Of a stretch of DNA of 37,263 bases, positions 27,834 through 36,690 are shown piece after piece. The stretch lies in the IMG/VR virus record IMGVR_UViG_3300037423_001354, positions 1 through 37,263 of that record; one strand, 5' to 3'. The position numbers and the translations under genes are program-made. This DNA is from a virus (Duplodnaviria > Caudoviricetes). Positions within the stretch are counted from its first letter, which is position 1; every line of letters starts with the position of its first letter. A model generated the notes under the pieces. The model did not search any database, was not told where the DNA came from, and saw only the letters and a list, made by a program, of their open reading frames with translations.

Positions 27834-28268
27834 AACAGAGATTATTTGACGTCATTCGCTTGTTATCGACCAGAAACAGGCGAGTTTTTCACCTACCATG
27901 ATTTTAAGGATAAGGAAGGCAAATACCACATCGTTGAAAAACCTGCCAAATTCAACATGGTACGCGAAATCAAGTTTGATGACATGTGGTTTAACGCTGG
28001 CAAAGTGGCCTTCCTCCACGAAACAGGAAAATGGCCTGCTTTAAACGCTGTAATCCATAAGAATGGTGATCTGACGGATTATCGATGGGAAAATCTCACG
28101 CTTGATAGCCCATTCAAACACGGTGACGTTAAGTTGGATGAGGCATGTAACAAGTGGGCAGCGTTTACCGTCATTCATAACGTGAGAAATCACTTGGGAT
28201 TGTATTTTACAGAAACCGAAGCTCGATCAGCGTTGAATGAAGCGCTGCTAAGAATCCGCTTCGGATAA
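27828..28268 (+). CDS. Degenerate HNH-AP2 family protein
   Basis: YRPETGEF; VIHKNGDLTDYRWENL; NKW.A...HLGLYFTETEA AP2 remnant. Confidence 0.7.
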   Translation: MINRDYLTSFACYRPETGEFFTYHDFKDKEGKYHIVEKPAKFNMVREIKFDDMWFNAGKVAFLHETGKWPALNAVIHKNGDLTDYRWENLTLDSPFKHGDVKLDEACNKWAAFTVIHNVRNHLGLYFTETEARSALNEALLRIRFG

Positions 28269-28271
28269 ATA
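28265..28271 (+). promoter_or_regulatory. ATAAATA late-type promoter upstream of portal
   Basis: Motif variant at the head of a structured leader of about 180 nt. Confidence 0.5.
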
Positions 28272-28451
28272 ACTGATTGCGGAATAGCGTTCAAAGGCTC
28301 TGACAGCCTCACTGGACGCTATTCGCGGTCTCTTAGCGGCTAGGCCGCCCATTATCAACGAAATCAATTTTGCCATGACAGGGGAGGGACGTTTGGTTCC
28401 GCCAACAGTGATTTTTTTATCAATTTTTACCAGTCGATTGCGAAGGAATAG

Positions 28452-30650
28452 ATGGCAAAACGATTAACAGAACAAGAACTAGGCGCGAAGGTTCAAGCCG
28501 AAATTGCTAGAAGCATTGAATATGATCGTGCTGAACTCGCAACCAAGCGTATCCGCGCAATGGAGTACATGGAAGGCAAAATCAACGATCTTCCTTTGAT
28601 CGAAGGTCGTTCATCCGCAACCTCAAGTGACGTAGCCGACACAATCGGGTTCATGATGCCCGGTTTGATGAGAGTGTTTTTCAGTGGTGATGATATCGTC
28701 ACCTATCAACCTGTTACCAAGAACGATGAACAAACCGCGAAACAAGCTACCGAGTATGTCAATCTAATCCTCAAGGAATTAGACGCTTATGAAACATTCT
28801 GGGATGTTTTCCAAGACTCCCTACTTCATGCAAACGGCATCGTAAAACACTGGTGGGAGCCATACGAAAAGGTTGACGTCTTCGTTGAACGCCAGCTGTC
28901 CGAAAACCAACTCGCATTCCTAACGACTGATCCTGAAGTCGAAATCATCGAAGGCAATTCATACGATTATGCCGACGACACCCCACAGATTGATCCTGCT
29001 TCCGGCCAACTTCTCCCTCCAGTCGTCACCACTCTCTATGACGTAAAATTCAAGCGAACTGAAAAGCTCGGCCGCATCTGCATCAAGGCTGTTCCACCTG
29101 AACAATTCTTGATCGACACCAACGCCACCACTCTCAAGGAAGCAAATTTCGTCGGTCATCGAATGGTTGAAACCCGTTCGAACCTGATCGAGCAGGGCTT
29201 TGATCGTGACCTAGTTAAGAAGCTTCCAGCCTCAAGCGGCTCGCTAGAGTTCGATGAGGTCGTAACAGCCCGTAGAGACATATCAGGAGCCTTCAACGAT
29301 GGCACGGGCATGGATGAGTCCATGGACTTGGTGGAAATCATCGAGTGCTACATCAAGTTCGATTACAACGGCGACGGCATAGCCGAAACTCTCAAGGTCA
29401 TCATTGGCGGTAACGGCTCCAAAGACATCCTCGATTGGGAGGAGTGGGGCAAGGATTATCCGTTCACCGATTTCGTTGCTGAACGTGTCCCACACAGATG
29501 GCTTGGCCGTTCCGTGTTCGATGAGGTTGAAACCATTCAGAAGGTCAAGACCGTCCTTCTCCGTCAGTACCTGGACAACCTTTACCAATCCAACATCCCT
29601 GACCGTATCGTCAACGAAAACGCCATCGTTGACCAAGACGAACTCTATGACCGTGGCGTTGGTAACGTCATCCGCGTCAAGGGCGATCCAAATGGCGCGA
29701 TCAGCACCTATGCGGTCCCTAACGTCGCTAAGGAAGCGATCACCGGCCTTCAGCTTATGGACGACATTATCAAGCGTCGTACAGGCGTCGGCCAAGACAC
29801 CATGGCACTGGATCAGCAAGCCCTTCAAAACCAAACCGCGACCGCTGTCATGGCGGCTCAATCTGGCGCCTATGCCAAGGTTGAATTGGTTGCCCGTAAC
29901 TTCGCTGAAATGGGCTTCAAAAACTTCTTCAAGGCACTTTTGAAGCTGCTTGTCGAAAACCAAGACCGCCCGACCGCCAAGCAAATTGGTGAAGGGAAAT
30001 GGGTCGAGTTCAATCCGAAGTCATGGAACGCGAACATGGATTGTACCGTGTCCGTTGGTCTCGGTTCAGGCTCCAAGGAAAAAGATGTGATGATGCTTCA
30101 GGCGATCGCCGCGAAGCAGGAACAAATTATGGCTATGGCCGGCTTCGACAACCCTCTTTGCGGTCCTGTCCAATATGCCAACACCCTGAAAAAGCTGGTT
30201 GAAGCTGGTGGCATCAAGAACACCAATCAGTTCTTCAACGAAATCGATCCGCAGGCGCTCGCTGCCCAAGCTGGTCAGGGTCAAAAGCCTGATCCTAAGC
30301 AGCAAGAAGCTATGGCCAAGATCCAACTGGCTAACCAAGAAGCCCAAGCGAAGGTTCAGCTTATGCAGGCTGAACAGCAAGCGAAATTGCAGCTTGAACG
30401 CGAAAAAGCGGCTGCTGACCTTCAATTGCAACGTGAAAAGTTCGCTTTGGAAATGGAGCAGGAGAAGCAAAAGAACCTGCTTGAACTTCAACATAAGCGT
30501 GAGGTCGCTCAACTTAACGCCCAATTGGATCGTGACAAGATGCAAGCTGAAATCGCGTTGACTGAACAGTCAAACCTGCTTTCCGCATATCACAACATGA
30601 ACCAAGCAGACACGAAAATCAGAGGACAAATCGTCCCTGAAAGCGAATAA
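28452..30650 (+). CDS. Portal protein (P22-like, long C-terminal coiled coil)
   Basis: GRS...SSDVADTI..MMPGLMRVF; Q/E/A/K coiled-coil tail; follows TerL. Confidence 0.9.
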   Translation: MAKRLTEQELGAKVQAEIARSIEYDRAELATKRIRAMEYMEGKINDLPLIEGRSSATSSDVADTIGFMMPGLMRVFFSGDDIVTYQPVTKNDEQTAKQATEYVNLILKELDAYETFWDVFQDSLLHANGIVKHWWEPYEKVDVFVERQLSENQLAFLTTDPEVEIIEGNSYDYADDTPQIDPASGQLLPPVVTTLYDVKFKRTEKLGRICIKAVPPEQFLIDTNATTLKEANFVGHRMVETRSNLIEQGFDRDLVKKLPASSGSLEFDEVVTARRDISGAFNDGTGMDESMDLVEIIECYIKFDYNGDGIAETLKVIIGGNGSKDILDWEEWGKDYPFTDFVAERVPHRWLGRSVFDEVETIQKVKTVLLRQYLDNLYQSNIPDRIVNENAIVDQDELYDRGVGNVIRVKGDPNGAISTYAVPNVAKEAITGLQLMDDIIKRRTGVGQDTMALDQQALQNQTATAVMAAQSGAYAKVELVARNFAEMGFKNFFKALLKLLVENQDRPTAKQIGEGKWVEFNPKSWNANMDCTVSVGLGSGSKEKDVMMLQAIAAKQEQIMAMAGFDNPLCGPVQYANTLKKLVEAGGIKNTNQFFNEIDPQALAAQAGQGQKPDPKQQEAMAKIQLANQEAQAKVQLMQAEQQAKLQLEREKAAADLQLQREKFALEMEQEKQKNLLELQHKREVAQLNAQLDRDKMQAEIALTEQSNLLSAYHNMNQADTKIRGQIVPESE

Positions 30651-30658
30651 GGATTCAC

Positions 30659-30901
30659 ATGGATAAGACCGAAAAAGAACGTAGAGGCTACGAAGCTCAA
30701 AGACTGATGCAAGAGCCTCTGCTTAATGAAGCATTTGACAAAATCGAACAGGAAGCCGTTGACGAAATGTTGGCACTTCCTTTCTGGTCAGACAAAAAGC
30801 GTAGAATGCTGGTTGACCGTATCAAGGTCATTCGTGATTTCAGAAGCCATCTAACTTCCGTCATCACATCAGGTAGCACCAACCGCAAAACGTTTGTTTA
30901 A
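30659..30901 (+). CDS. Small protein between portal and scaffold
   Basis: A..L...PLL.EAF..IE pattern typical at this position. Confidence 0.7.
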   Translation: MDKTEKERRGYEAQRLMQEPLLNEAFDKIEQEAVDEMLALPFWSDKKRRMLVDRIKVIRDFRSHLTSVITSGSTNRKTFV

Positions 30902-30913
30902 AACGCATTTTCA

Positions 30914-30920
30914 CTAAATA
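30914..30920 (+). promoter_or_regulatory. CTAAATA(GCT) late-type promoter upstream of scaffold
   Basis: Recurring motif; intergenic; sense. Confidence 0.7.
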
Positions 30921-31060
30921 GCTTTCCTTGCCTGAACGTTGATAGGCAAACGTCAGCACTCCGAATTATCGGCCTGATTTCCTCGTCATGAGTCAGCTTT
31001 TTAGCTGCCATTAGAAACAAAGAGTCCGCTGGACCACACTTATGACTAAGGAAAAAAGAA

Positions 31061-32020
31061 ATGGAAGAATCACTCTCAGACTTCAACCTCTCACCTGAAC
31101 AGGATGCCGCGCTGAACGCAGCGCTTGGCCTTGACGATGACGAGGATAACCAATCCCCTCAAGCTGCTGCTCCTCAAGCTCCTGAACCTCGCCACCAAGA
31201 GGAAGACGCCGGCGACGATCAGTCTGACGAAGGTCATGACGAATCCGAAGACGATGAAGAAGGCCAAGAGCCTGTTCAGGCGTCCTATGCTGATAAGAAC
31301 CACAAAGTTCGCCTCGATGACGGCACCGAAGTTTCCGTTGCTGACCTGATCCGCGGGAACATGCGTGACAAGGATTACACCACCAAGAGCCAAGAGCTTG
31401 CTGCACAGCGCCAGGACACCGAAGCTCGTATTGCAAAGCTCAAGGACGGTGAAGCTGCCTACGATATCGCCCAAACCATCCTGTTGGCTGCGATGCCTGC
31501 TGAACCAACCGAAGACATGCTGATTTCCAACCCAATGGAATATTTCCAGCAAAAGGCACTCTATGACCAACGTCTTGGTCAGTACCAAAAAATCCTAGAT
31601 GCAAAGCGTCTCTATGCGGAAGCCCAAAAGGATGAAGCCCAAAGAGGTTTCAACGAATGGGCTGACAATGAACGTCAACGTGCCCAAGAGGTTCTTCCAG
31701 AACTGAAAACCAAGGAAGGCGTTGACGCCTTCAACCATGACCTTCTCAACGCTGTATCAAAGTATGGCTTCACCGAAGACGACGTTGGCGGCATCTACGA
31801 TCACAGGTTCTTGGTGATGGCTAGAGACCTGATCGAATATCAAAAGATCATCGGAAACCGTGAAAATGCGGTCCAAAAGGTTCAAGGCAAACCACCTTTG
31901 AGCCCTGGAAAACGTCAAACAAATAGCAACGCTGACTCTGCCGACCTTATGAAAAAATGGAAGGCAGGAGGTGGTAAAAACAATGACGACCTCAACAAGC
32001 TGTTGGACAAATTTTTCTAA
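31061..32020 (+). CDS. Capsid scaffolding protein
   Basis: Acidic N-terminus; VSVADL..G.MR..DYT.KSQELA; YDHR motif; precedes MCP. Confidence 0.85.
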   Translation: MEESLSDFNLSPEQDAALNAALGLDDDEDNQSPQAAAPQAPEPRHQEEDAGDDQSDEGHDESEDDEEGQEPVQASYADKNHKVRLDDGTEVSVADLIRGNMRDKDYTTKSQELAAQRQDTEARIAKLKDGEAAYDIAQTILLAAMPAEPTEDMLISNPMEYFQQKALYDQRLGQYQKILDAKRLYAEAQKDEAQRGFNEWADNERQRAQEVLPELKTKEGVDAFNHDLLNAVSKYGFTEDDVGGIYDHRFLVMARDLIEYQKIIGNRENAVQKVQGKPPLSPGKRQTNSNADSADLMKKWKAGGGKNNDDLNKLLDKFF

Positions 32021-32040
32021 TCGGTAAAATTCTCCGAAAA

Positions 32041-32047
32041 CTAAATA
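32041..32047 (+). promoter_or_regulatory. CTAAATA late-type promoter upstream of major capsid
   Basis: Recurring motif at the head of a structured leader of about 250 nt. Confidence 0.7.
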
Positions 32048-32296
32048 CGACTGTAATTTGAGATACAGACTCGAAAGAGCACCCTGTAAGTGACGTTACC
32101 TCGATTATGAGGTTGAGGGATTTAAACGATCCGCTGAATAGCAGACTTGAAAAAGCACCCTGCGAATAGCCAATCGTAAAATGACCTCGTGGAAACAACC
32201 ACGTTAAAAAACACCAACCAAAAGTCAAAATCAAAACATTTAGACCGACTGGACGCAAGTTCCGGCGGCTATCAATTTTTAGAGGAAAACGCCACT

Positions 32297-33295
32297 ATGG
32301 CAAAAGTATCAAACGCATTCGATACCTACCAATCAGTAGGTAACAGAGAAGAACTCTCTGACATCATCTATAACATCACTCCTGAAGAAACCCCTTTGAT
32401 GACCCTTTTGGGCCGTGAAAAGTGCGTTTCAAGACATCCTGAATGGCAAACCGATACCTTGAAAACTCCAGGTGCAAACGCTGTGGTTGAAGGTAACCAA
32501 TGGTCATTCGCTTCAGTCGTTCCAACAGTCCGTGTTGGTAACTACACCCAAATCTCCGAACTTACCTATGGTGTCACAAACACCCAAGAAACCGTCGACA
32601 AGGCTGGCCGTTCTTCACAGATCAAGTACGGCACTGTTAAGGCTGGTAAGGAACTCAAGAGAGACATGGAATATGCTCTTTTGGCTAAGCAGGCATCCGT
32701 TGTCGGTGCTGACTCAACAACCGCTCGTCAACTTGGTTCATTCGCTTCATGGCTTAAGACCAATAATGACAGTGGTTCAGGTGGTTCAACAACTGGTTAC
32801 AACTCAGGTACAGGCCTTGTTGCTGCACCTACAAACGGTACTTTCAGAGCGTTCACTAAGACTCAACTAGAAGCCGTTGCACAAAAGACATATACCTCAG
32901 GTGGTAACTTCACCACTTTGATGTTGTCACCATATGCTAAGCAAGTGTTCTCAACCTTCGCATCTGCTGACCAACTTAGATCAAACCAAAGCTCTGGTAA
33001 GAACGACCAAATCACCATCACAACCGGTGCTGATATGTACGTTTCAAACTATGGCCCTATCTCAGTTGTTGCTAACAGAGTCATGGCTACTGCAAACACC
33101 ACTGCATCCCATGTCCTTCTTATCGACCCTGATATGGCAAAGGTTGGTATCGCTCGTCCAATCACTGTTCGTGACGTTGGCGCAGTTGGTGACGCTGTTC
33201 AAAAGGTCATCAACGTTGAATACACCCTTATCATGAAGAATGAAGCTGCTCACGGTAAAATCGCCGACATCTTCGGTCTGTCAGCTACAACCTAA
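32297..33295 (+). CDS. Major capsid protein (DUF5309/SU10-like)
   Basis: GNREELSDIIYNITPEETP, HPEWQTD.L, GNYTQI, ELKRDME, EYTL..KNEAAHG; ATG 32297 with SD GAGGA. Confidence 0.92.
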   Translation: MAKVSNAFDTYQSVGNREELSDIIYNITPEETPLMTLLGREKCVSRHPEWQTDTLKTPGANAVVEGNQWSFASVVPTVRVGNYTQISELTYGVTNTQETVDKAGRSSQIKYGTVKAGKELKRDMEYALLAKQASVVGADSTTARQLGSFASWLKTNNDSGSGGSTTGYNSGTGLVAAPTNGTFRAFTKTQLEAVAQKTYTSGGNFTTLMLSPYAKQVFSTFASADQLRSNQSSGKNDQITITTGADMYVSNYGPISVVANRVMATANTTASHVLLIDPDMAKVGIARPITVRDVGAVGDAVQKVINVEYTLIMKNEAAHGKIADIFGLSATT

Positions 33296-33317
33296 TAGAT
33301 CGAATATCACTGAAATT

Positions 33318-33339
33318 AGGCACCTTCGGGTGCCTTTTT
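33318..33339 (+). terminator. Intrinsic terminator with cUUCGg tetraloop
   Basis: AGGCACC-TTCG-GGTGCCT-TTTT. Confidence 0.9.
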
Positions 33340-33362
33340 CATATGATGAGATAGCAGTGATA

Positions 33363-33369
33363 CTAAATA
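33363..33369 (+). promoter_or_regulatory. CTAAATA promoter for the candidate sRNA
   Basis: Recurring motif lying between two terminators. Confidence 0.65.
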
Positions 33370-33374
33370 GGTTT

Positions 33375-33507
33375 GTTATAATGAGAAGGGTGATCCTTAT
33401 TGTTTATGTTGGTTAGAAGCGATCACTAAAGTAAAACATTCCTAAAAGCTCCTTGTTAAAAATCGTTGAACCCAGATGGTTGAGTGAATCCTACCATCTG
33501 GGTTTTT
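33375..33507 (+). ncRNA. Candidate sRNA of about 130 nt with anti-SD sequence
   Basis: Own promoter and terminator (33469-33507); no long ORF; 14-nt complement to the RBS of gene 12841..13155. Confidence 0.5.
33469..33507 (+). terminator. Intrinsic terminator
   Basis: AACCCAGATGGT/ACCATCTGGGTT 12-bp stem plus U-run. Confidence 0.8.
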
Positions 33508-33535
33508 CACATTCATCGGTAAAAAACACGAAAGA

Positions 33536-33573
33536 CTAAATAGCTGTGTAAATAAAAACCATAACAAAAAGGA
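33536..33573 (+). promoter_or_regulatory. CTAAATA promoter; diverged fourth copy of the cassette repeat
   Basis: CTAAATAGCTGTGTAAATAAAAACCATAACAAAAAGGA versus CTAAATAGCTGCGTGAATGAAACGTATAACAAAAAGGA. Confidence 0.7.
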
Positions 33574-33582
33574 TTCACAAAA

Positions 33583-34089
33583 ATGGTTACACAGCAAAGA
33601 CTAAAAGAAGTTCTCGATTACAATCCGGAAACAGGCGAATTTACGTGGAAGGAGAGAGGTCAGGGACGAATAGTCGGCAAGAGGGCCGGAACACTGTCTG
33701 TTTCAAAAACGTCAATGAGACGCTGGTTTTTATGCGTTGATAGACAAGTCATGCTTCGTTCACGTGCCGCATGGATTTACATGACGGGTGAAGACATCAC
33801 TGGAAAGGTCATCGATCATATCAATCGTAATACCGAAGATGATCGATTTAAAAACCTACGTTCCTGCACTCAAAATCAGAACATGAAAAACCGCAAGGCT
33901 AATTCGAATAGCGCCACAGGTGTTAAAGGTGTCTTCTACAATAAGGCAAAGAATAAGTGGGGAGTCAGTCTAGGAAAGAATACCGGCCTGTTCAAGACAA
34001 TCGATGAAGCGGCAATCGCTTACAACAAGGTGGCTAAGGAGTTGTACGGGGAATTCGCCTATCAAAATCCAATCGGGCTAAATACCTAG
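33583..34089 (+). CDS. HNH-AP2 homing endonuclease
   Basis: LDYNPETGEFTWK; IDHINRN..DDR..NLR..T..QN..N; AP2 GVKGV...KW...EAAIAYN. Confidence 0.88.
   Translation: MVTQQRLKEVLDYNPETGEFTWKERGQGRIVGKRAGTLSVSKTSMRRWFLCVDRQVMLRSRAAWIYMTGEDITGKVIDHINRNTEDDRFKNLRSCTQNQNMKNRKANSNSATGVKGVFYNKAKNKWGVSLGKNTGLFKTIDEAAIAYNKVAKELYGEFAYQNPIGLNT
34078..34084 (+). promoter_or_regulatory. CTAAATA promoter upstream of the 34117 gene
   Basis: Motif in the last codons of the HNH gene; imperfect hairpin with SD AAGGA. Confidence 0.6.
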
Positions 34090-34116
34090 ACATTTTAAAC
34101 TAAGGAATTTTCAAAA

Positions 34117-34488
34117 ATGCGCTTCAACGTATCCCAAGACGAATTGCGAAAAATGGACCTCGGTTCGCTCGTTCGTAAAAACATGATTTTCGATGACCCA
34201 AAAATGGGTATCAGAGTGATTGAATACGAGTTCGAACTAGGAACCGTCAACAAGACGATTTGGTATGCACAAAATGCATTCATGGATGCGTTGAAGGAAA
34301 TTCGTAACAATAATATCGGTACGAAATCGGATACAAAATCAGCCATGGGAACTAAGGTGGCAACCATTCCAATGCATATTTGGGCACGTGAGGTTGCGCC
34401 TCGTCAAAAGGATGGCAACGACACATCGTTGAAGAAGTGGCTGAATGGTGAAGGTTCCATATTCAAAGTAAGAGACGGCGAGGTTTAA
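34117..34488 (+). CDS. Post-capsid hypothetical protein
   Basis: VATIP..IW...LKKWLN pattern seen downstream of this MCP type. Confidence 0.7.
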   Translation: MRFNVSQDELRKMDLGSLVRKNMIFDDPKMGIRVIEYEFELGTVNKTIWYAQNAFMDALKEIRNNNIGTKSDTKSAMGTKVATIPMHIWAREVAPRQKDGNDTSLKKWLNGEGSIFKVRDGEV

Positions 34489-34528
34489 GGGCTTCGCCGT
34501 CCTTTTCACACCTAAGAAGCGTGGATCA

Positions 34529-34535
34529 ATAAATA
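34529..34535 (+). promoter_or_regulatory. ATAAATA late-type promoter upstream of the adaptor gene
   Basis: Motif variant adjoining a CGGTAAC/GTTACCG hairpin. Confidence 0.5.
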
Positions 34536-34570
34536 CGGTAACAAGCAATTAAGTTACCGGATTCTAATCA

Positions 34571-35179
34571 TTGACCACACTGTCAGACTTAAACTCAGCA
34601 ATCGCAAGCTTCCTATTTGATAGAACGGAATTGACTCCGCAATTCTCCACATTCATCGCCATTCTAGAAGGCGAACTGAACCAAATTCTCCGTGTTAACG
34701 ATCAGCTTAAGACAACCACGCTGACGCTCGATGCCAACGGCGAAGCAACCCTCCCAGACGATTTCCTAAGCTTCCGCTCCGCTGTCTCACAAACCAATCC
34801 TGTTATCAGACTTGACCACATTGTACCGGGGACACTCGATGCACTGTATCCGGCTGTCAGTGGCTATCCACAAGTGTTCTCAATCGTGGGGAACACTCTA
34901 AGGGTTCGCCCAATTAATTCAGCCGATGTGAAGCTAACATATTACGCAACGCTACCTGCGTTGACCGAAGGCAATCCAACAAACTGGCTACTAACAAAGG
35001 CATACAACGTCTATTTGTATGGCGCATTGAAACATGCGGCTGACTTTGAAAACGAGACAGAAAGAAAAGCAATATTCGAAAACAATTACATCAAGGCTGT
35101 AGGCCAATTAATCGACAACGATAAAAACGCAAAATACGGAGCTAGAACCGTATCTAGAATTGCGGGTCCAACTCCATAA
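34571..35179 (+). CDS. Head-tail adaptor (tail tubular A / P22 gp4-like)
   Basis: LPDDFL...G.PQVF...LTYYA.LPAL...NPTNWLL....VYLYGAL pattern. Confidence 0.75.
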   Translation: MTTLSDLNSAIASFLFDRTELTPQFSTFIAILEGELNQILRVNDQLKTTTLTLDANGEATLPDDFLSFRSAVSQTNPVIRLDHIVPGTLDALYPAVSGYPQVFSIVGNTLRVRPINSADVKLTYYATLPALTEGNPTNWLLTKAYNVYLYGALKHAADFENETERKAIFENNYIKAVGQLIDNDKNAKYGARTVSRIAGPTP

Positions 35180-36690
35180 TGAGTGATAAAATAATCGTCC
35201 CTATCGGACAGTTTGGCCCTGACCGCAGCCCTTTCGATCCGAACTTCACCGACACCGCTTTCAACGTCATCCCATATGACGATCACTTCGGCCCATTTCC
35301 CGGCTTCCAGTATTTCAGTGGTGCGGTTCCTGCTCAGCCTCAAGGTGGATACCTGGCTGATAAAGGCAGCGGTGTATGGCTTCCAATCGTGGGGACTGCC
35401 AATGCCCTCTACAAGCTCGATTCATCCACTAACGCATGGGTCGACGTATCAGGGAACACTGCCCCTTATGCCACTCCTGCAGGCACCCAATGGTCATTCA
35501 CTCCGTTCGGCAATCTGGTTATCGCAACCAATGGCGTTGATAAGCCCGTCCAGCTTGATGTCAGCAACCCAGCGGCCAAGTTCGACCTGCTTTCAAACGA
35601 TGCCCCAAGAGGGAAGAACGTCGGTGTAACGGGCGACTATCTCGTTTTCAGCAACATCGCTGCAACGAGTGACAAGGCCGTTCAATGGTCTGGCCTGAAC
35701 CAACCAACAATCTGGGATTCTCTCGTTCAAAACTCCGATGACCAGCTTTTCGCTGACGGTGGCGAAATCATGAACATCACAGGGTTCGAACACGGCTTCG
35801 TAATCTTCCAAGAACACTGCATTCGTGAAGGTTCAATCACCGGAACCAACATGATCATGTCATTCAATAAGACCGTCAATAACATGGGCGTTCATGCTCG
35901 TAATTCCGTTGTCAACACTGGCGCCGGTATCTTCTTCCTATCTCAAGATGGCTTCTATCGATACAATTCAGGTGGTCAACCTCAACCAATCGGTGTTTCA
36001 CGTGTTGACATATTCTTTTACACCGATTGCTCACTTCCTGATTCATACCAAACCATCGGGGTTGAAGATCCAGCTAGAAAGATCGTTTATTGGGCTTATC
36101 GTTCAAAGGAAAACACCACAGTCAACACATATGATCGCATCCTAGTTTACAACTATGGCGTTGATAGATGGTCGTTGATCAAGCTCGATTTCAAAGCGCA
36201 AATGATCTGTAGCGCTGTCTCTCCCGGCTACACCCTCGACAACATCGGAACGCTTACAGGCTACAACCTCGACACATTGCCTTGGTCACTTGATTCAAGA
36301 ATCTGGGCTGGTTCGCTTCCAACGTTCGCTGCGTTCGATGACCAGTACCGACTTGGGTTCTTCTCATCCACTCCGATGAAGGCAACCATTCAAACCGCTG
36401 AACTCCCGTTGACTGAAGGCAGACGCAGCCTTGTCAAAGGCTTCACCGTTCAAACAGACGCCAGCCGAACCGATAGCTCTCCCTCCCAAAAGGGCAGGGT
36501 GGCCCGTAAGGACTATGAAAGCGATCCGAGCACATGGGGCGTTCAATATCCCTTGAACACAACCACCGGCGTCATTTTCGCTCGTTCATCCGGCAAGCTC
36601 CACAGATTTGAGGTCGAGCTTCCATCAGGAACAAACTGGAAAGTCGTTCACGGCGTTGAGGTTCAAAAAGACGCTGGAGGACAACGCTAA
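35179..36690 (+). CDS. Tail hub/nozzle (P22 gp10-like beta-propeller)
   Basis: 503 aa, beta-rich, WS.LN, FFLSQDGFY; follows the adaptor. Confidence 0.75.
   Translation: MSDKIIVPIGQFGPDRSPFDPNFTDTAFNVIPYDDHFGPFPGFQYFSGAVPAQPQGGYLADKGSGVWLPIVGTANALYKLDSSTNAWVDVSGNTAPYATPAGTQWSFTPFGNLVIATNGVDKPVQLDVSNPAAKFDLLSNDAPRGKNVGVTGDYLVFSNIAATSDKAVQWSGLNQPTIWDSLVQNSDDQLFADGGEIMNITGFEHGFVIFQEHCIREGSITGTNMIMSFNKTVNNMGVHARNSVVNTGAGIFFLSQDGFYRYNSGGQPQPIGVSRVDIFFYTDCSLPDSYQTIGVEDPARKIVYWAYRSKENTTVNTYDRILVYNYGVDRWSLIKLDFKAQMICSAVSPGYTLDNIGTLTGYNLDTLPWSLDSRIWAGSLPTFAAFDDQYRLGFFSSTPMKATIQTAELPLTEGRRSLVKGFTVQTDASRTDSSPSQKGRVARKDYESDPSTWGVQYPLNTTTGVIFARSSGKLHRFEVELPSGTNWKVVHGVEVQKDAGGQR

Noticed and set aside
29283-31588. 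Long antisense ORFs (for example 29283..29984, 30066..30545, 31091..31588; also 4052..4669)
   Set aside because: They are shadow frames of strongly codon-biased structural genes, with no recognisable protein motifs.
32189-32296. 36-aa N-terminal extension of the capsid protein in the ORF track
   Set aside because: The GTG lies in a hairpin with no SD, whereas ATG 32297 has GAGGA and a typical MCP N-terminus.
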